Assembly (NCBI GenBank): GCA_965234725.1
Contig: CBDDUX010000089.1
Coordinates: forward strand, 1 to 19,538
Source: Thermoplasmatota archaeon
Lineage (GTDB): Archaea > Thermoplasmatota > Penumbrarchaeia > Penumbrarchaeales > Penumbrarchaeaceae
DNA length: 19,538 nucleotides
Reading direction: 5' to 3'
In this document: piece after piece, positions 18,166-19,538 of the stretch
Layout of the letters: each line of letters begins with the position of its first letter
How positions within the stretch are numbered: the first letter of the stretch is position 1
Made by a program: the position numbers and the translations under genes
The notes under the pieces: generated by a model
Told to the model about the DNA's origin: nothing
The model's database searches: none
Seen by the model: only the letters and a program-made list of their open reading frames with translations

Positions 18166-18457
18166 CGATTAACTAAAAATGATTGACGAATATTCTGCTT
18201 TCATTTTATGAAACTTATCCGGATATTCAGTCCCTTTGTTACGTCGATCCTCATTCACTGGCTTCAGATCCTGGTAATGATTATCCAAAGTACCCCTCAC
18301 ATCCCTTATACACTGGATCCTTCAGAGATCCCAACCATCCATTAACACTCGGCCCCCACCAAACCGCCCAATTCCTTACTTCCAACTTGTTTTCAGGCTC
18401 TCATTTAGATTCCTCAAATTGGACCCCGCCCCACTCCCCAGGGCCCTACTCGGCACC

Positions 18458-18724
18458 TTATTCTCTGTATCCTCTACCTCTGATAAACATTTCAATCATC
18501 TTCACTTTTACACCCTCAACACGATAGATCAATCGATAATCTCCAACCCTCAATCGGTGTTTCTGAGGATCAGTGTCCTTAACAAGTTTGATATCAGCAC
18601 CAGAACGATGATTGAAAGGATCTTTTTCAAGCTCTTTCAAACCCTTCTTGATTCTTTTTTGCATATCCTTAGAAACATTATTGAACTCCTTCTGGAAGGT
18701 TCGTGAGACAAAAACCTGATACAT
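18458..18724 (-). CDS. relE: RelE/ParE family type II toxin
   Basis: 88 aa basic protein: MYQVFVSRTFQKE...RIKKGLKEL..DP...HRLRVGDYRLIY...RGRGY. Confidence 0.9.
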   Translation of the reverse strand: MYQVFVSRTFQKEFNNVSKDMQKRIKKGLKELEKDPFNHRSGADIKLVKDTDPQKHRLRVGDYRLIYRVEGVKVKMIEMFIRGRGYRE

Positions 18725-18906
18725 TATAATTCATCCAGTGGTATGAATTCATCTTCTTCAAGGATCTTGTTCCATCTATTGTCAATTTCTTTCATTGCTG
18801 ATTTTTCAATTAACATCTGAATGATGTGATCGTAGCTTTCACCCTTCTCACCAAGCAGGCGAAGAGTTTCCTTTGTCTCAGTTGAAACAGCTATTGTCGT
18901 AGACAT
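18724..18906 (-). CDS. Cognate antitoxin (RHH-like N-terminus, acidic C-terminus)
   Basis: MSTTIAVSTETKETLRLLGEKGESYDHII...EEDEFIPLDEL. TAATG overlap with the toxin. Confidence 0.85.
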   Translation of the reverse strand: MSTTIAVSTETKETLRLLGEKGESYDHIIQMLIEKSAMKEIDNRWNKILEEDEFIPLDEL

Positions 18907-18946
18907 TATAACACTTATAACTGCTATGTCTCTTGTGACATATATA
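18906..18946 (-). promoter_or_regulatory. TA operon promoter with putative autorepression operators
   Basis: TATATA at 18941-18946, TATGTC-N6-GACATA at 18925-18942, and TTATAA-CAC-TTATAA at 18906-18920. Confidence 0.55.
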
Positions 18947-19132
18947 GGTATCTTTCAGAAGAACCGGAATAAACAAAACGAATCCATATCTCTTTGTATC
19001 TAGTAACTGACATTGTCTGCAAAGGATAAGGATTCGGGTCTTTCAGACCATTACTCAACGATACAAATGGAGACGTTTCCTTTTATCCGTACCTGCTGAC
19101 CATCGGTTCCACAAAAGTCCGCAGGTGAAACA

Positions 19133-19366
19133 ATGACATCAAAAAGGATCGGAAACAGAAAACAACCACTCAGGATCAGAAATCATTCATTCAAGCATTG
19201 GATCGTGAAATCAATACTTGTTTTCAAACTAGAGAAAATGGGTCACGAAGTCGAATTGGAATTTTACATCCCACAGGTCGGATATTGTGATCTGATAGTT
19301 AGAACCCATCGCCATAAAAGTGATTCCATTCTGATAAATATCGCTTTTGTGTCTGCCAATGATTAA
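19133..19366 (+). pseudogene. Probably truncated PD-(D/E)xK-like nuclease or MGE protein
   Basis: Strong GGTGA RBS. HWIVKSILVFKLEKMGHEVELEFYIPQVGYCDLIV resembles the H...E...D start of the fold, but no E-x-K/E strand follows. Confidence 0.45.
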
Positions 19367-19446
19367 AAACTGATTCCTTCGGGTCGGACTGATTTCAAAA
19401 AAATATCATTCCCACTTTCTACGATTTTAAAAGAGAATAAACGAAA

Positions 19447-19464
19447 GTGGGCCGACCCGGATTT
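19447..19464 (-). repeat. att-like site, copy 2 of a tRNA 3'-end-like sequence
   Basis: Minus strand AAATCCGGGTCGGCCCAC retains the AAAT of a T-loop. Confidence 0.7.
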
Positions 19465-19538
19465 ATCTAATATTAAGTGCAAGTCGGTCGGTCCTATTAA
19501 ATAACTGAATCGATATTAAACAATCATGACAAAAAAAG

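Larger units (their letters stand above)
18149..19464. mobile_element. Degenerate integrative element remnant between tRNA-like direct repeats
   Basis: Flanking 15-bp direct repeats, with a TA pair and truncated ORFs inside. No integrase is present. Confidence 0.55.

Noticed and set aside
18183..18706. Plus-strand ORFs 18183-18527 and 18419-18706
   Set aside because: They are Pro/Ser-rich products of a C-rich strand, antisense to relE, with no recognisable motifs.
18151..19461. CRISPR array
   Set aside because: There are only two 15-bp copies 1.3 kb apart, with no regular spacers and no cas genes.
18149..19464. Intact tRNA genes at the repeats
   Set aside because: Only 17-18 nt of a 3' end is present at each copy, with no D-arm, anticodon arm or GTTC upstream.

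Overview
Archaeal accessory region, inferred from TATA/BRE promoters, GGTGA/GAGG ribosome-binding sites, leaderless starts and a Bat-type HTH_10 regulator; Thermoplasmatota is plausible but unverified. From left to right it holds: (1) a structured minus-strand leader; (2) a TetR + ABC-2 exporter operon; (3) a decayed radical SAM/SPASM gene split in two by a transposase-free cassette encoding a multi-winged-helix protein and a DUF6036/AbiEii-like nucleotidyltransferase; (4) a membrane-anchored surface protein; (5) an FmdE + FecBCD/BtuFCD-type ABC importer + SAM methyltransferase operon behind a perfect NikR-like palindrome; (6) a MacB/FtsX-type ABC system divergent from an HTH_10 regulator; (7) an orphan 7-PAS histidine kinase; (8) an atypical thioredoxin; (9) a ~1.3 kb remnant bracketed by 15-bp direct repeats resembling a tRNA 3' end, carrying a RelE-type toxin-antitoxin pair and a truncated nuclease-like gene. 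All family assignments come from motif recognition by eye; no database search was run.
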